From: Macrostomum lignano | Lineage: Eukaryota | Reading direction: 5' to 3' | Assembly (NCBI GenBank): GCA_002269645.1 | Contig: NIVC01004484.1 | Location: 1 to 44,527 of the forward strand | Length of the DNA stretch: 44,527 bases | Shown: positions 19,521 to 32,510 of the stretch, in pieces | Layout: each line of letters opens with the position of its first letter | Position numbering within the stretch: position 1 is the stretch's first letter | Notes under the pieces: model-generated | Databases searched by the model: none | What the model was told of the DNA's origin: nothing | The model's input: only the letters and a program-made list of their open reading frames with translations | Program-made: the position numbers and the translations under genes

Positions 19521-22430
19521 TCAAAGTTGAGTAAGTGTACAACCGTCAACGTTGATGACTTCAAATCGTTGGCCGCCATTGTCATTATCTTCGCTGCTGT
19601 CGTGAGCGCCCTCGTCGTCAGAACTGCTGTCGCTCTCGCCACTTGCATCGCCGTCAGTGTTCATGTCTGCGCCGTCACCTCCGCTTTGCCGAGTGCTCCT
19701 TGGGCCTGCAGCCGAGTTCCGAAGTTCTCCAGTCGGACGCTGTGCGGACTGCTGTGAGCACCTTTTTCGGCGGAACCGAGTGCCTGAGTGGCGCAGATGT
19801 TCGCCCACCGCGGATTCAATGGCCTCGCCTTTGGCGTCTTTGTGAACACTCCACACGACGTCTAAAAGTAGGTAAATACTGCCCATTAGTTTTGCTTACC
19901 CAAAGTAGATTAGTATCTAGATATGGACGTACAGAATTGATATATATTTAACTAAGCAGCTTAAATACACATTTTATCATAGAAGAGACAAAATCCTAAG
20001 CACCATTATGTTGCTTACTTTTGATAAAAGGCAGCAGGCCAGTTGACTCAAAGCAATACTTGGAAACGCCAGAACGCTTGGCACCACGGAGACTGAACTG
20101 ATGAGCAAGCTTGTCATCCATGATGTGGTATAAGATATTAGCGACGGACTTCATTAGAGTTTTGCTGGTAAGCCGCTTGAAGAACAGAAACTGAAATGTG
20201 TGGAATGAATTCGAATGGTAGACTAGAAATTGAATTAATAAACTACAAGACATTACACATTAATAGTCATGTCTTGTAATGTGTTATATTCTCTCATAAA
20301 ATACATGCGGCAGTTAAGCGGCATCCAGTCGCTTTTGTAAATCGTGCAATGATAAAAATCATACAAAATACTAGCACTCACTGCATCATTTAAGCAGCCT
20401 CGATCACTTGTTAGTCGTGTGGCCCACTCAGTCAGTTTATCGACTTCGGTAAATGGCAGATCTTGAAGTATAGGCCTGTCGGTTGGCTGTTGGCCGTGCT
20501 GGGCATTGCTGGAGTTTGCACCTGTACTACGAGACGAAGAGTTCTGCAGAGCAAGAAACTGCAGGTGAAAGTCTTTCACCTCTGTAGCCAGGCCACAAAT
20601 CGCACCATGCATCGCGCGCTGGGTTGCTAAAATGAAGAAAATTATCGAGAAGATGTATCAGCCAGTCAGGGATAATAGTCAGTTAGTGACTCAAATAGAT
20701 TATTCTCTATACAAACCAGATGAACCTCCGAAACGTTAAGTACAAATTAAAAAGTGTAAATCGCAGCAAAACTCAGAATCATGCGGAGCTGAATGTTTAA
20801 TAGTGCATTACGCCATTTTAATTTAAATCGTAACTTTACTTAATTCTGGAAATGAAGAGCTCGGATTAGAACTTCTAAATTTTCTTATATCAGCGCCTCA
20901 GTAGCGAAAGAAATTTTTTTAGCTGGCTTACTTTCAATCCGCCGCACGGCTGTCACTAGAAAGTCCAATATGTCTGCACGGCTCGCGTCGTAAACGCCAA
21001 TCGCAGAGGCCGCGGCAGCTGCAGCAGAAGCAGGATGGTGCTGGATTCCATGCCCCATCGGAGAGGCCGCGGCAGATGCAGCAGAAGCAGGATGGTGCTG
21101 GATTCCATGCCCCATCGGAGAGGCCGCGGCAGATGCAGCAGAAGCAGGATGGTGCTGGATTCCATGCCCCATCGGAGAGGCCGCGGCAGATGCAGCAGAA
21201 GCAGGATGGTGCTGGATTCCATGCCCCATCGGAGAGGCCGCGGCAGATGCAGCAGAAGCAGGATGGTGCTGGATTCCATGCCCCATCGGAGAGGCCGCGG
21301 CAGATGCAGCAGAAGCAGGATGGTGCTGGATTCCATGCCCCATCGGAGAGGCCGCGGCAGATGCAGCAGAAGCAGGATGGTGCTGGATTCCATGCCCCAT
21401 CGGAGAGGCCGCGGCAGCTGCAGCAGAAGCAGGATGGTGCTGGATTCCATGCCCCATCGGAGAGGCCGCGGCAGCTGCAGCAGAAGCAGGATGGTGCTGG
21501 ATTCCATGCCCCATCGGAGAGGCCGCGGCAGCTGCAGCTAAATTGGTGCTGGTGCTGAAGCTGCCACAAGAAGACTGTGAAAACGGGCTCAGACTCGATG
21601 TAGTAGCATGAACTGCGCTTGCCAAGATGGCTTCATGTTGGATGGAAGCCAAATTCGAACTGCTGCTTATTGTCAAAGGTGGCCTCGTGCCATCAGGTTG
21701 AAACTTTGGTGGCGCTGACGACTGTCCAGCACTCCGGCTGTTACCCAGTGTAGAGGATTTGCTCTTTGTCGTTCTCTTTCGGCCGGTTTTTCGAGTCTCA
21801 ATGTCGAAATTCTCATTGTAATAGTGGTCGACAACTTGAATTCTTCGTGGAGCATCTATATCAGTAGAATCAACTTCTCCCCGACTCTCGTACCGCTTCC
21901 GCAGGTTGACAGCAGCGGGAAATTGATCTGCATGAAGGGGAATAGACACATGTACATGTACACTATATAAAATTACATCCTTTATTATTAGCTATGAAAA
22001 TTCGCTTTCACGTGGGACTTAGTCATCCCACATCTAATTAAACAAGAAAAAATATCAACCCCCCGATGTAGATAATAGGAGCCACATTGAAGTACTTTTT
22101 TCTAATGTATACAAGAAAATAGTACAATAATTGCACTTAAGACTGGCTTCATATGTAATCATAGGCATATCATATATAATCTACCTATTTGAAAATAATT
22201 CTGCATTAGCACATAAACTCACCTCTCGATCCAATGATGTCGACTTTGTAAGGCAACCAACTATCGTCTGGGACTGACTTCGACTGGTTTGTCAAGCAAG
22301 CCTTGAACTTTTTCAGGGGAGGGCACAAGACGCTGTCGCTGCCCTGAAGCCAGGAACGACGAACGATTTCAATTTCTTCAGTTTCATTGAAGCGAACAAC
22401 AACAAATGCATTCAGGTCGTTTAGACTCAT
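19521..22430 (-). CDS. CACTA second gene (TnpA-like, DUF4806-type), 5 exons
   Basis: Phase-consistent GT-AG model: 22430-22223, 21927-20932, 20626-20382, 20190-20019, 19861-19521. N-terminal FVVVRFNETEEIEIVRRSW...CPP; LPFTEVDKL; SVANILYHIMDDKLAHQFSLRGAKR..K.CF; EAIESAVGEHLRHS. Confidence 0.8.
21003..21540 (-). repeat. 57-bp coding tandem repeat x9 (PMGHGIQHHPASAA(S/A)AAAS)
   Basis: Nine near-identical units inside exon 2 of the DUF4806-type gene; the unit is stop-free, so the ORF track lists five overlapping ORFs here. Confidence 0.95.
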
Positions 22431-22929
22431 TCATAGACTTGGCCCGAATATGCTGAAATAAAAGTTGGAGGGAAACAAAGCAAAGTTAGAAAAGCTATCG
22501 GATCGGAACACATTTTCCTTTATTATTTTATAGTACTATGGGTGAAAACGCAACGCATATATTTCAGAAGCCTACCTTCACTAAAAATCTGTTAACAAAC
22601 AGCAAAACCATTTTGCGAAGCAAAGAAAACCATCTAAAAAGGGACTGTCATATATTTCGCATGTCTATGCCTAATCATGTCTAGGTCTATATGCGATTGT
22701 TGGAAAGAATTTAATATGAAAGCATGAAATTAGTGACAGCGTGAAATGATAGTATGTTCTTCCCACAAACATTTATATTTTCTAATATTACCTGCTTACT
22801 CAGTGGGAGTGGCTAAAAATGAAACCAACATTTGCTGAATGAGAAAGCAGCTAGCTAGAAGAAGTCAGACAGAGAGTTCATTCAGTTGCTTCCAAACATT
22901 TGCAGAGAAATGCTTGATGTGCGTAGAAG

Positions 22930-25900
22930 CTACGCACAGTCGACCAATGTATGTAAAATAGGGAGAATGCAGGAACGATTTTTGAGACTTACAAGCATCG
23001 CTTTACCATAGAAATCAGTCCATCGTACAGTTACGAGTGAGTTGCTTAAAGTATTGACAACGGAAATGTGCAGAGACATTGAGTCGAAAGTTTCGTCGTA
23101 GAGGGCGGTTTGCTGAATAAATTTCTTGCCAACGAAAATACAACCGACATCAGTAGAAATTATATGAGTGACTACAACTGCAAATCCATCTCGAGTTAAA
23201 ATATAGCAGTCTGGATTAGCAACAGATATATACGTTCCACGCAATACAAGACTAACTTTACGGTAAATACCAAATGTCTGAACTCCTTGCAATGAGAAGT
23301 CTACATTCGAAGATGCAATTGGACCGGAATATTCAAAAGGCGACTGAATAGAACACATGTGCTTAGGAAAAAAACCGAGAGTCACATCTCTCTCCAGAAT
23401 TCGCTTCACAGTCTGCTCGAGAGCAAAACGTGGACTGCGAACAAACTGGGTAATAAAGCGGATAAAATTTTCGCCCCAAAAGCAACTAAAACTATCCAAC
23501 GGACCACGTCGACGAACTTCTGAAGGAATATGAATTATTGAATGCACAGTGTACACGATAAACTCGTCACCCCAAATAATTGCACATTCATTAACAATGT
23601 GCTTTGCCAAATCTTCGGCATAAGAGCAGTACGTTTGACAAACCAAAGGATGCGACAATAGGAAAACAAACGAATGCAGAGAAAGAAATAATTGATACAC
23701 AGATTCAGGGACGTTTCCAGCTAAAACAATTGGCGCCAAGTACAAAATAAACAATCTAAACTCAGTTGCCTTCCAAAGACCCACGCACTCAATCGACCGT
23801 GGCTTTCGTGCAAAATCATGCGGAATGCAAGACGAAATAGAACACAGATCAGCACTTATCTGACGAATATTAGGTCCAGATGCTCGATGGGGCAAGCGTC
23901 CCTTACCGAGGAATTTTAAACATTTAGGAACAATACCCTCGTATATTAAGTGCATTGGATCCAGAGGAAAATCATGAACCATGTCGATGGGCAAACTTAA
24001 AAAAGGGCTTGGTAGAAGAACATGATTTGGGTATACATCACCTCTGAAGCCAAAGTCAGTTCGTAGTGCAGCACTTAGGTCAGAAAATGTCACTCTTCCA
24101 TTACAAAAGTCCCCTTCAACAGTGCACTTGTCGCAACCAAAGTATCCCCAACATGCTTTTGTTCCTTTTACAAAGCTGCGTGCTGGTGAATCGCAGGTAA
24201 TCATTGAAAGTTTAAAAGGTAATATGAGATCTGACTCTGAAGTGACAGTAGAGACAAATCCATCAGCCATCAAATCACGCAATTCAGTAATACAGTCGGC
24301 AAGAAAGTCCGAAGCAGAGAGGGGTTTGCCAGTTCCATAGTAAAGCCCGATTATAAAAACAGAATGAGACAAATTCGAAACTCTACCCAACACAGGCCAC
24401 AATGTATAGGTAGTGCTATTGTGCACTTTTGCACCATCAACAAAAAGGTGGAGGTTCAAGGAATCCAGACGAGAGCGTGATCCAATATTGCTCAGGAGAA
24501 AGTCAAGACCAGCTTTAACGCCAAAATGATAATATCGCCCTGGGTTGACATAGCGAAAAGTAAGCTCCCTTGGTGTAGTCATTAGTCCACGATAGTCAGC
24601 AGCTAGACCAGGAAACTCGTCTTGTAGATTCTGAAGCAAGTAGTTCACGCACGGCACTTCTGGGCCTGTTGCTTTAACCCAGTCTCGAAGCATGGCCTCG
24701 AGTCTCGCACATTGGTTGTCATCAGAATGAAGGGCTGATTCAATCGTTGAAGAAGTCAGGTTTCCTAAATGTAAGAAATAAATAGCTAGAGTATTATCAA
24801 AAACTATTAAAAAGATTATGCACATACTTGTTGATAAAATCACATTTTTACTCTAAATTTTTGTTTAACTTTCAAAGTTACAGAAAAAATTTAAGTTAAT
24901 TTATTTGTAAAGCAGAAATGAATAATGGATGGTGTAAGGTTCATATTCAGTTTAGAGGATCAAGCACACTAAGATGTCAATAAAAAGTGTTGAAAGCAAT
25001 TAGGGGTTATTATAAAAAATAGATACATTCAATCTTACCAACATCATCACTAGTCATCTCCTGGTATTCAAGTTCCATTTGAGACTCTTCTGTGGGCTCA
25101 GGAGCAGCATGAATTCCAAGCTCTGCCATAGGCTCAGTTGGCTGTTGACTTGGATCTTCAGTGTGACATGGGCAATGCAGCATAACTGCAGCTTCCTCGT
25201 AGCTTCTCTTAATATGTCGTTGGACTGTTCGCTTACTGGCTCCATGAACAGATGTTGAGGAAAAACCTAGACAAATTATAGAGAAATGGATGAAATGAAA
25301 GCCTCATAATTACGCCAGCATAATGAAGCCTTCTATGCCTTCAATACCTTGAGCAAGACCTAGCAAGAAACTGTCAGAGTATCAAGATCATACCCTTGAT
25401 AATGAGTACTCAACATAAGTATATGCTTATTGCAACATATATATAATATAAATTATAGCAAAAAATATGTTTATATTACAAATCTAATATACAATCCACA
25501 AATTTCCTAAAACTTGCATCTTGTGCTTTAAAGAAAATAATAATTGTTTAACAACATTGCAAGCTTTATTTTCTCCAAACAGAAGCATTATAGATAAAAA
25601 AATTTACTCAAAGTTTTGCCAAAAGCAAAAATAAATCAAGTTGACAATTATCATTATGAACAAATCCCAAATACACCAAATTCATCATTTAGCATAGCAA
25701 ACATTTTTATAGGCAAGGTTTGATTTAGGGTCTAATATAGTAGAACTAAAACTAATAAATATAATAAATAATAAAACTAATATAGGGTCTTTAGGAGCAT
25801 ATATAAAAATTAACAAATTAGGTTGAATACAAATAGCCAGCATTATATACTTTTAAGCTTGATACTCAAGTCTCTTGAATTTTGACTAGCACTTCATATC

Positions 25901-27160
25901 CAACAAATAACTTTTCAATAAATTTTGTTTTATTTAAATTAATTTAGCTATCATTAGCTAGTTATTAAATATAACATTTCTTATGAAACAATCTTATACC
26001 ATAGTCCAGAAGAAGGCATCTTGTACCCCAGAAATTTCTAGGGTACACTCAAGAAATTTAGCATACATTGGCATACACAAAAAGTGATTTTCTAAGGCTT
26101 TTGGCATATATGTTTAATATTTTTGTGACACACAAAGAATGAAAAGTTATGTTATTAATAATTGTTACAATAGTTGTCCATGCATACATTACTATAAAAT
26201 TTGATATAAAATTAATGCAAAACTGAATTCTGTTTTTTATAAGTTAAAAGTCATGATTTTTAACAAAAATGCACAAAGTTTACTTTTGTTTTTTTAATAT
26301 ATATAACATTATATAAATATAACTATAACTGTTATTTTTAGTTTTTAGCTCATCTCATTTAAATTAAATATCTAAATCACCCATCATGTTCCATCACTTA
26401 TTCCTAGCAATTTAGATGTTTTGTGTAAAGTATTATAAATGGTATATATTGGCATTAAAAGAATGTTGACAGTTTTTTTGTGGGGCACATATAGTGTTCT
26501 GAACTATAGATCTTATACAAAAAATCTATGATTTGCAACACTTTTTATTTATAGTTGAAATTTGCTCTTTAATCATTTCTAAGTCTATTTTACATCCAAA
26601 ATGCAAAAAAACTTATTGATATTTGCAATCTACACTTTAATCTTTATTTTGGCAGTCTTAGTCTTACTTCTTATAATAAAGGAATGTTTAGACAAACATT
26701 TTATGATATAGAGCAATAGGCCTAATATAGATATATAAATAGACTATACCAAATGGTATATAATTGAGGCAAACTTGAACTAAAAATAGTTAGTATATAT
26801 ATATATATATATATATATATAATCATATTTATACCAACAACATGAGTTTGTATTATATTTATATTATAGGGCCTAGCAACATATTATACTAACTAACCTT
26901 AAGTATTAGGCCTATACTAACAAATGTTTGGCCTAAATAAGGCTAAGCATAACATAATCAAAATACTTTATATATTAGATAAGCATAAAAAATATATATT
27001 AGAAACAGAGTTTCATTGCATTATTATTTACCTACAACAACTGTGTCTTCACTTAGAGTAGGTGCAGAAGCAGATGGCCCAGACAAAAATACAATATTAG
27101 ATGCTAGACCACTAAGGGCCTGGTCCTGATTATTTGCAACTTCAGGTTCAACTTGATCTT
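22930..27160 (-). CDS. EnSpm/CACTA DDE transposase, spliced
   Basis: Main exon 24764-22930 is intact: LFVDGAK..STTYTLWPVLGRV (D), ITCDSPAR (D), GYFGCDKC, LDPMHLIYEG, LWKATEFRLF, HSIIHIP, FSCFWGENFI (E). Upstream exons 25266-25039 (228 nt, phase 1/1) and one ending at 27032 (phase 1) fit the frame; the first exon and ATG are not resolved. Confidence 0.88.
26794..26822. repeat. (TA)n microsatellite
   Basis: Direct reading. Confidence 0.9.
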
Positions 27161-28250
27161 TGTCTATCTCTTGGGTAGTTTTGCAAGTTACAATCAAGTA
27201 AACAAAAAAAGCTATGGTTGTAATCCCAGGAGCAAACAAAAAAACTGGCATTCCCAACTTAATATAGTAGCCAGGCTAAGGCCTAGGCAATAATATTTTT
27301 ATGTTCTTTAAGTTTAAATTCAAGGGCTAGTGTAGTAGGAAGAGCTTTGCAACAACAGATTTTTATCTAATTAATTTTAGTTACGTTTTTGTATTCTAGG
27401 CCTTCGACTTATGCCAACTTTAAAGCTAAGCAAACATGCAATAAACCAAATAAAAAGCTAAACAAAAAGTCAAATAGAAAGTTAGGTAAACAGTAGGCCT
27501 AAATAGCAACGATTTTTTTTGCAGCTAGAAATCCGTGTCGATGTGCCTGACGGTAGAAATTAAATCAAGTTGGTTAGTAAAAACTGTAGCAGCTACATTT
27601 AACAAATCTTTACGTATACATTAAAGAAACAGATTCTTCTGAATTAGAATTACATAAATGAATAACTCCGTACAATTTTAATTTAAGGAGCTCCCGAATC
27701 TAAACGAGTTGCAATAATTCAATTGCCAGAAATTCACACATTTGAAATCTTTTTCTATATCAATGTTCCTGCAACAATTCAGCAACATTTTTATGTCAAC
27801 GTTGATGCCAAGCGCGCGCTGTCAACAACGTCAATGTTGCAGCAACTAAAGATGGCACTAGGGGCTTAAAAGGCAGAATGCGTCTTACCCAGTTATATGG
27901 CTCAATTTTACATACGTTTGGATCAATGGATCAAAAGCACGTTTTGGCACGACTTTGGATGAAATATTACTCAATATATGCTTAGCAACGGTAAAAATTG
28001 CAACACTTCATCAGTAGAAGCCTTCACCTGTTGTTTCAAGTCACAAGGTATTAAGAGGTTTAGTGTTCCCGTCAGCGTATATTTTGGTCCACCCTAGGTC
28101 CTGTTCAAGAATATATGCCAAATATAAGTACAAAAACGTCCATGTTTGGGATAAAGAATAAAAGTAGTACTTTGAGCTTCACTAGGTGGTAAACTTATTT
28201 TAACTAAAAAATATTTTAACTATATTTTTGTATCCATAATTACCAAGAAA

Positions 28251-28391
28251 AAATTCCAAGACATATCCTTGTGTCTAGCTATACTCTAAAGAAGACGAAA
28301 GAATTCAGGAGCATATGCACGTTTTGGCGTTGTGAGCTGAAAATATTGTAGAAAATAATGAACTGCAATGAGATAGACTCTCTGATGGATA
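28251..28391. repeat. Dispersed repeat copy; an inverted partner lies at 31331-31475
   Basis: The reverse complement aligns over ~140 bp (CATTATTTTCTACAATATTTTCAGCTCACAACGCCAAAACGTGC; AGCTAGACACAAGGATATGTC). A related fragment near 30080-30150 matches 28093-28160. Confidence 0.8.
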
Positions 28392-29697
28392 CTGCAATTG
28401 TCTTCAATAATTATTTCTTATAGCTCGTATAGAGGAAGGCGAAGCAAAGCTCGTTTGTTCACACCGACATCTTATTTGACTGATTTTACCGGCATGTCAA
28501 AAAGTTCTGCACTTACACAGCAAAATCAAATTATCTTCCCACTTTTTAATTAACTTCGAACTCCTTTTTGTCCTACATGAATTATACATGTACTGAAGTA
28601 CTATTCGACAAGTCTGAATTTGTTAAATATAAACTGACATAAAGTGATCAAAGCCATTCCGAAATTAGAATATCCAAAAAATAGTCAGACTACCTTCACT
28701 TACCTTCTCTGTCGGTAGTGTGCAGTCCGCTAGACTAACCAGTTTTCAAACCGGTTTTAAAGCAGCGCATTTCTATTCTCAAATTGTATCCTATTTATAT
28801 ACAGATTGTAGTATGGGTTGGTTCAACACGGACGCACTTGCACTGGGGAGATAGGCGGCAATGATAAAGGATATGGCGCAGCACCACAGCAATCTATAGG
28901 CCCAGGGGAGAGATAAGGGTTGTAATTTGCGAAGGATAGGGTGAGAGCGAGCACTTGCGCAAGGATTTTCACAAACTCAAAATTTCACAACGCCGAAAAC
29001 TACTGCATGGCTCTTGTTACAGTAAGTTTTCTGCGTTGTAAAAAGGTCCGCGGCAAGCTGGCGTAGGGCTCAGCCATGGATGTTGCTAAGCAGCGCTCGA
29101 ACTTGTTGAGCCGGGTAAATAATAGCGTCATTCGCACGAAAAGTGCAGGTGCAGGCTTTAGTTCGCTTTGCGCTCAGAGGGCCGTAGGCTATATCAGCTC
29201 TAGCCCCCACCCTTAGCCAATTTTGTCTGACGGCTTCTTACTCTCCGCTCTTCATGTACCTGTGTGCAACGTTAGTTGTCTAATCGCCAAACTGCTGCCA
29301 CAAAATGCCTCTGCGTTAACTGCCTTCACGGCTGAAAATACAAGCGAAACTGTTTTTTTGACGCGAATCGGCTGAGTGATAACCGCGAGTCTATCCAAGG
29401 CGCTTACTCGCATTTCTGTCCTTGGATTCAGAACTCTCCCCCTTCGTGGTGCGTCCCTGTTAGACTTAGGCAAGCTGTAACCTGGGTTTTTTAATTAAAA
29501 CAAAAAATTAGTAAGATGTGCATAACTTTGAAGGGAAAAGTGCAAAAATGAACTAGTTTCTTCATCAACACTAATATAGGCTTTCAATTGCTCGCAAGTG
29601 TATACACAATGGGGAGGTTGAATTTTACCGTCCCACTCTGCCATTTGATACGGTGTGCGATCCATTCGAGCTTCTGCAACGAAAAAATCGGGTCTAC

Positions 29698-29902
29698 GAC
29701 AATTGACTGCCACAATTTGACTGCCGACAATTTGACTGCCGACAAAATGACTGCCAACAAAATGACTGCTGACAAAATGACTGCGGCAATATGACTGCCG
29801 ACAATATGACTGCAGCAATTTGACTGCCAGCAAAATGACTGCGGACAAAATGACCGCCGAGCAATTTGACTGCTGAGAAAAAGACGGCGGAAATTTGACT
29901 GC
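29698..29902. repeat. ~15-bp degenerate tandem repeat (TTTGACTGCCGACAA), MULE-end-like
   Basis: About 13 units of (A/T)(A/T)TGACTGC(C)GACAA read directly. Confidence 0.85.
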
Positions 29903-31615
29903 CTTAAATACTACATGTAGCTCGTACATCCTTTTTATATATGCATTAATCATATTTATGCAGGACTAACAATTCGCACTTAACGAGCGAAGATGCAAGC
30001 TACAAGCCTAACCTATTGTTTCAAGTTACAAGGCAATAATTGTGGTCTAGTGCTCTCGTCAGCGCATATGTTGGTTCACTCTAGGTTCTGTTTAGAATAT
30101 GTCAAATACAAGTACGCGTACAAAAACGTCCATTTTGGGATAAACAATAAAACGGTTCACTTAGGCGTTAAGTGTAAGGGGCTGAACCCATCCTCTTGGC
30201 GCAATAATTTGCATACCTGTGTGTTCTTACAAATATTTTAGCGCCTTGCCTACTCGTATACATTTCAAAGGGTTCTGAGTTAACGCCTTCTTTAAAATAC
30301 AGTTCAAGGAGGTCTAGCTAAACGGTGCCTTATGTAGCAGTGCATAATCACTGGTTTGAAAATTTGATACATTTAAGTCAAAACACAGAATACAGGTGTT
30401 TTGCCAGCCAGCTCGTACTGAGTGAATTTATAAAAGAATTTGTATACAAAACAGTCGCTCACTTACTTTGCTAATTTGTTACTGGACGAATAACCGCTCA
30501 GACTAAGAGTGATTTCAAATTGGCAAAAAAACGAAGCTAGCTATCAGATATATACTGTATACAGCAAATGACACCCATTTTAGTACCTTGAAATAAGCCG
30601 AAAGATCTGCAGCATGGAAAAGAGTTCTTTTATTCGAGCCAGTAATTCTCTTTCCAGTTTGGATGATGAGATGGCGTCATTGTGGGCGTTTCAGCCATCT
30701 TATCTCCCTCACCCTCATCAAGCAACGAGCAAATGAACAACCCCTCCCCAAGGTCCATGACAGCCGAGATGCTAAAGCTCTCTATAGAATTCTTGCCATA
30801 TCTTACACTGTCTTTGATTTTCATCAAAGCAAATGTACGTTTGTACACTCTAAGTGTTCTATCTGCTAAGGGTTTTGGATGTAACAGTGCTCATCTCTGT
30901 ACTGACTCTAACAGTTAAGACGAAAGAATCCCTAGAAGCTCTAGAATAGCTCGTAGCACAATCCAACTCGTACTTGTGCGTCTTACCACACTCAGCTTTT
31001 CGGTTGAAAATGGTGCCACTTGCCTCACTTACTTGGCAAACAAGTGGATAAGTTCACGAATGTAAAAGTAGCAAAAAATTTCAGGCTGGGGAAACTAGCT
31101 TATCTTTATCGAGGTCGCTCTGTATGGCAGCTAACGCACATAGAGGGAGCATTGAAGGCTCGTTCACGCCACCGCCATCAATTGAGTCTTTAATCCACAC
31201 GACTGATGTAAAAGCAACGAAAGGTATGGACCAGCTAACTAGCTGTGCCATCACGCTAAAACCAGTCACATAAGATGTCGGTGTGGACAAACGAGCTTTG
31301 CTTCCTCGATACTTATTGAAGCCAAATGCAATATCCATTAGAGTCTACCTCATTACAGTTCATTATTTTCTACAATATTTTTCAGCTCACAACGCCAAAA
31401 CGTGCAAATTCCCCTTAATTATTTTGTCTTCTAGAGAATTAGCTAGACACAAGGATATGTCTCGGAATTTTTTTCGGCACCTATAGATAGCTAAAAAAGA
31501 CTGTTAAAATATTTTTTTCGCTATATCCGCATCAAAAAATTCTGCTCTAGCCAGCTGGCACTAGAAAGATAAATAGAGCTCCACCGGGTTGCCTGCCATG
31601 ACTGCCGTCGAAAGA

Positions 31616-31895
31616 TAAAAACGTTTAAATATTTCTTTTGTCTCTGTTTCTTGCCGAATATTTTTCAAGACGCCAAAATTCAAGTTTTCAAAGAGCTGAG
31701 TGAGTCTACACTGAAGCAATGGCACAATAGCCACTCGTGCCAGCCCACACAATACAGAAACGTTTAAATAATTTTTTTGTCTCTGTCTTTTACCGATTTT
31801 TTCCAAAACGCCAACCCTCCCATTTTTAAAGAGCTGAGCGAGTCTACACTGAAGCAATGGCACAATAGCCACTCCTGCCAGCCCACAATACACAA
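31616..31895. repeat. ~140-bp tandem duplication
   Basis: AAACGTTTAAATA...AAAGAGCTGAG(T/C)GAGTCTACACTGAAGCAATGGCACAATAGCCACTC..GCCAGCCCAC occurs twice. Confidence 0.85.
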
Positions 31896-32289
31896 TAGTG
31901 CGACCAAATTCTATCGCTCGGTCCAGCGATATGCTAGCAGCTATATTATTTTTTTTTCTTGGGCCTAGCTCGCAGGACATTACTTTTACGAGCGATATAG
32001 GCTCCAGAGATGCATTGCTAACTCGTAAGACCTATTAAATTCGCCCCAAAGATGATCCGAAGCTCTACTGAACAGGCTTTTTTGGTATTATCCAGGGGGG
32101 GGCAGCAGCTTCAATTGTGCGAGCAACTAGTTGGTTGCTTAAAGAAACAAAATTCGCAAAGCACTTTAAAACAGGGCTGTTTCTTGCTAACCTTACCATT
32201 GTGTGTCAGTTAGCTTACCGGGGCCCGCAGCTAGCGAGGTGGAAAATAAAATGCCAACTCCGCTAGCTTTGAGAACACGGATTTAAGGC

Positions 32290-32510
32290 ACGCATTCAAG
32301 CGGGGCGTACAGCGGTCCTAACTCTCCCATCGTCGGGTAGTGCACACTCTGTGCCTCGGGGGTTGACCATCATGGAATGATATTGTGCGACAAGCCCCGG
32401 GACGAATTTCGTGCACGAGGCCCACAAATTACTGTGGCCGCGTGCGGCCTGAGGTCGAACCTGGGTGCCTGAGTGCAAGAGTCGGACTTTTATAAGCATT
32501 TATGAGCCTG
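32290..32510 (-). mobile_element. Possible tRNA-derived SINE remnant
   Basis: The minus strand has a B-box-like CCCAGGTTCGACCTC preceded by GTCCGACTC. CACTCTGTGCC(T)TCGGGGG recurs at ~34048. The A box is degenerate. Confidence 0.3.

Larger units (their letters stand above)
18586..27864 (-). mobile_element. Full-length CACTA/EnSpm (CMC) DNA transposon, 9279 bp
   Basis: Perfect 13-bp TIR CCCCTAGTGCCAT at 18586-18598 and 27852-27864. TSD CTT at 18583-18585 and 27865-27867. Clusters of ATGTTG/CAACAT/AACGTTG subterminal repeats at both ends. Encodes an EnSpm-type transposase and a DUF4806-type second gene. Confidence 0.92.

Noticed and set aside
20934-21569. Four additional overlapping ORFs over the 57-bp repeat
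   Set aside because: They arise because the unit is stop-free and a multiple of 3; only the 20885-21949 frame has splice-compatible, family-like flanks.
30630-31338. Possible host exons (ORFs 30630-30848 and 31081-31338)
   Set aside because: No recognisable domain and no phase-consistent splice chain could be built.
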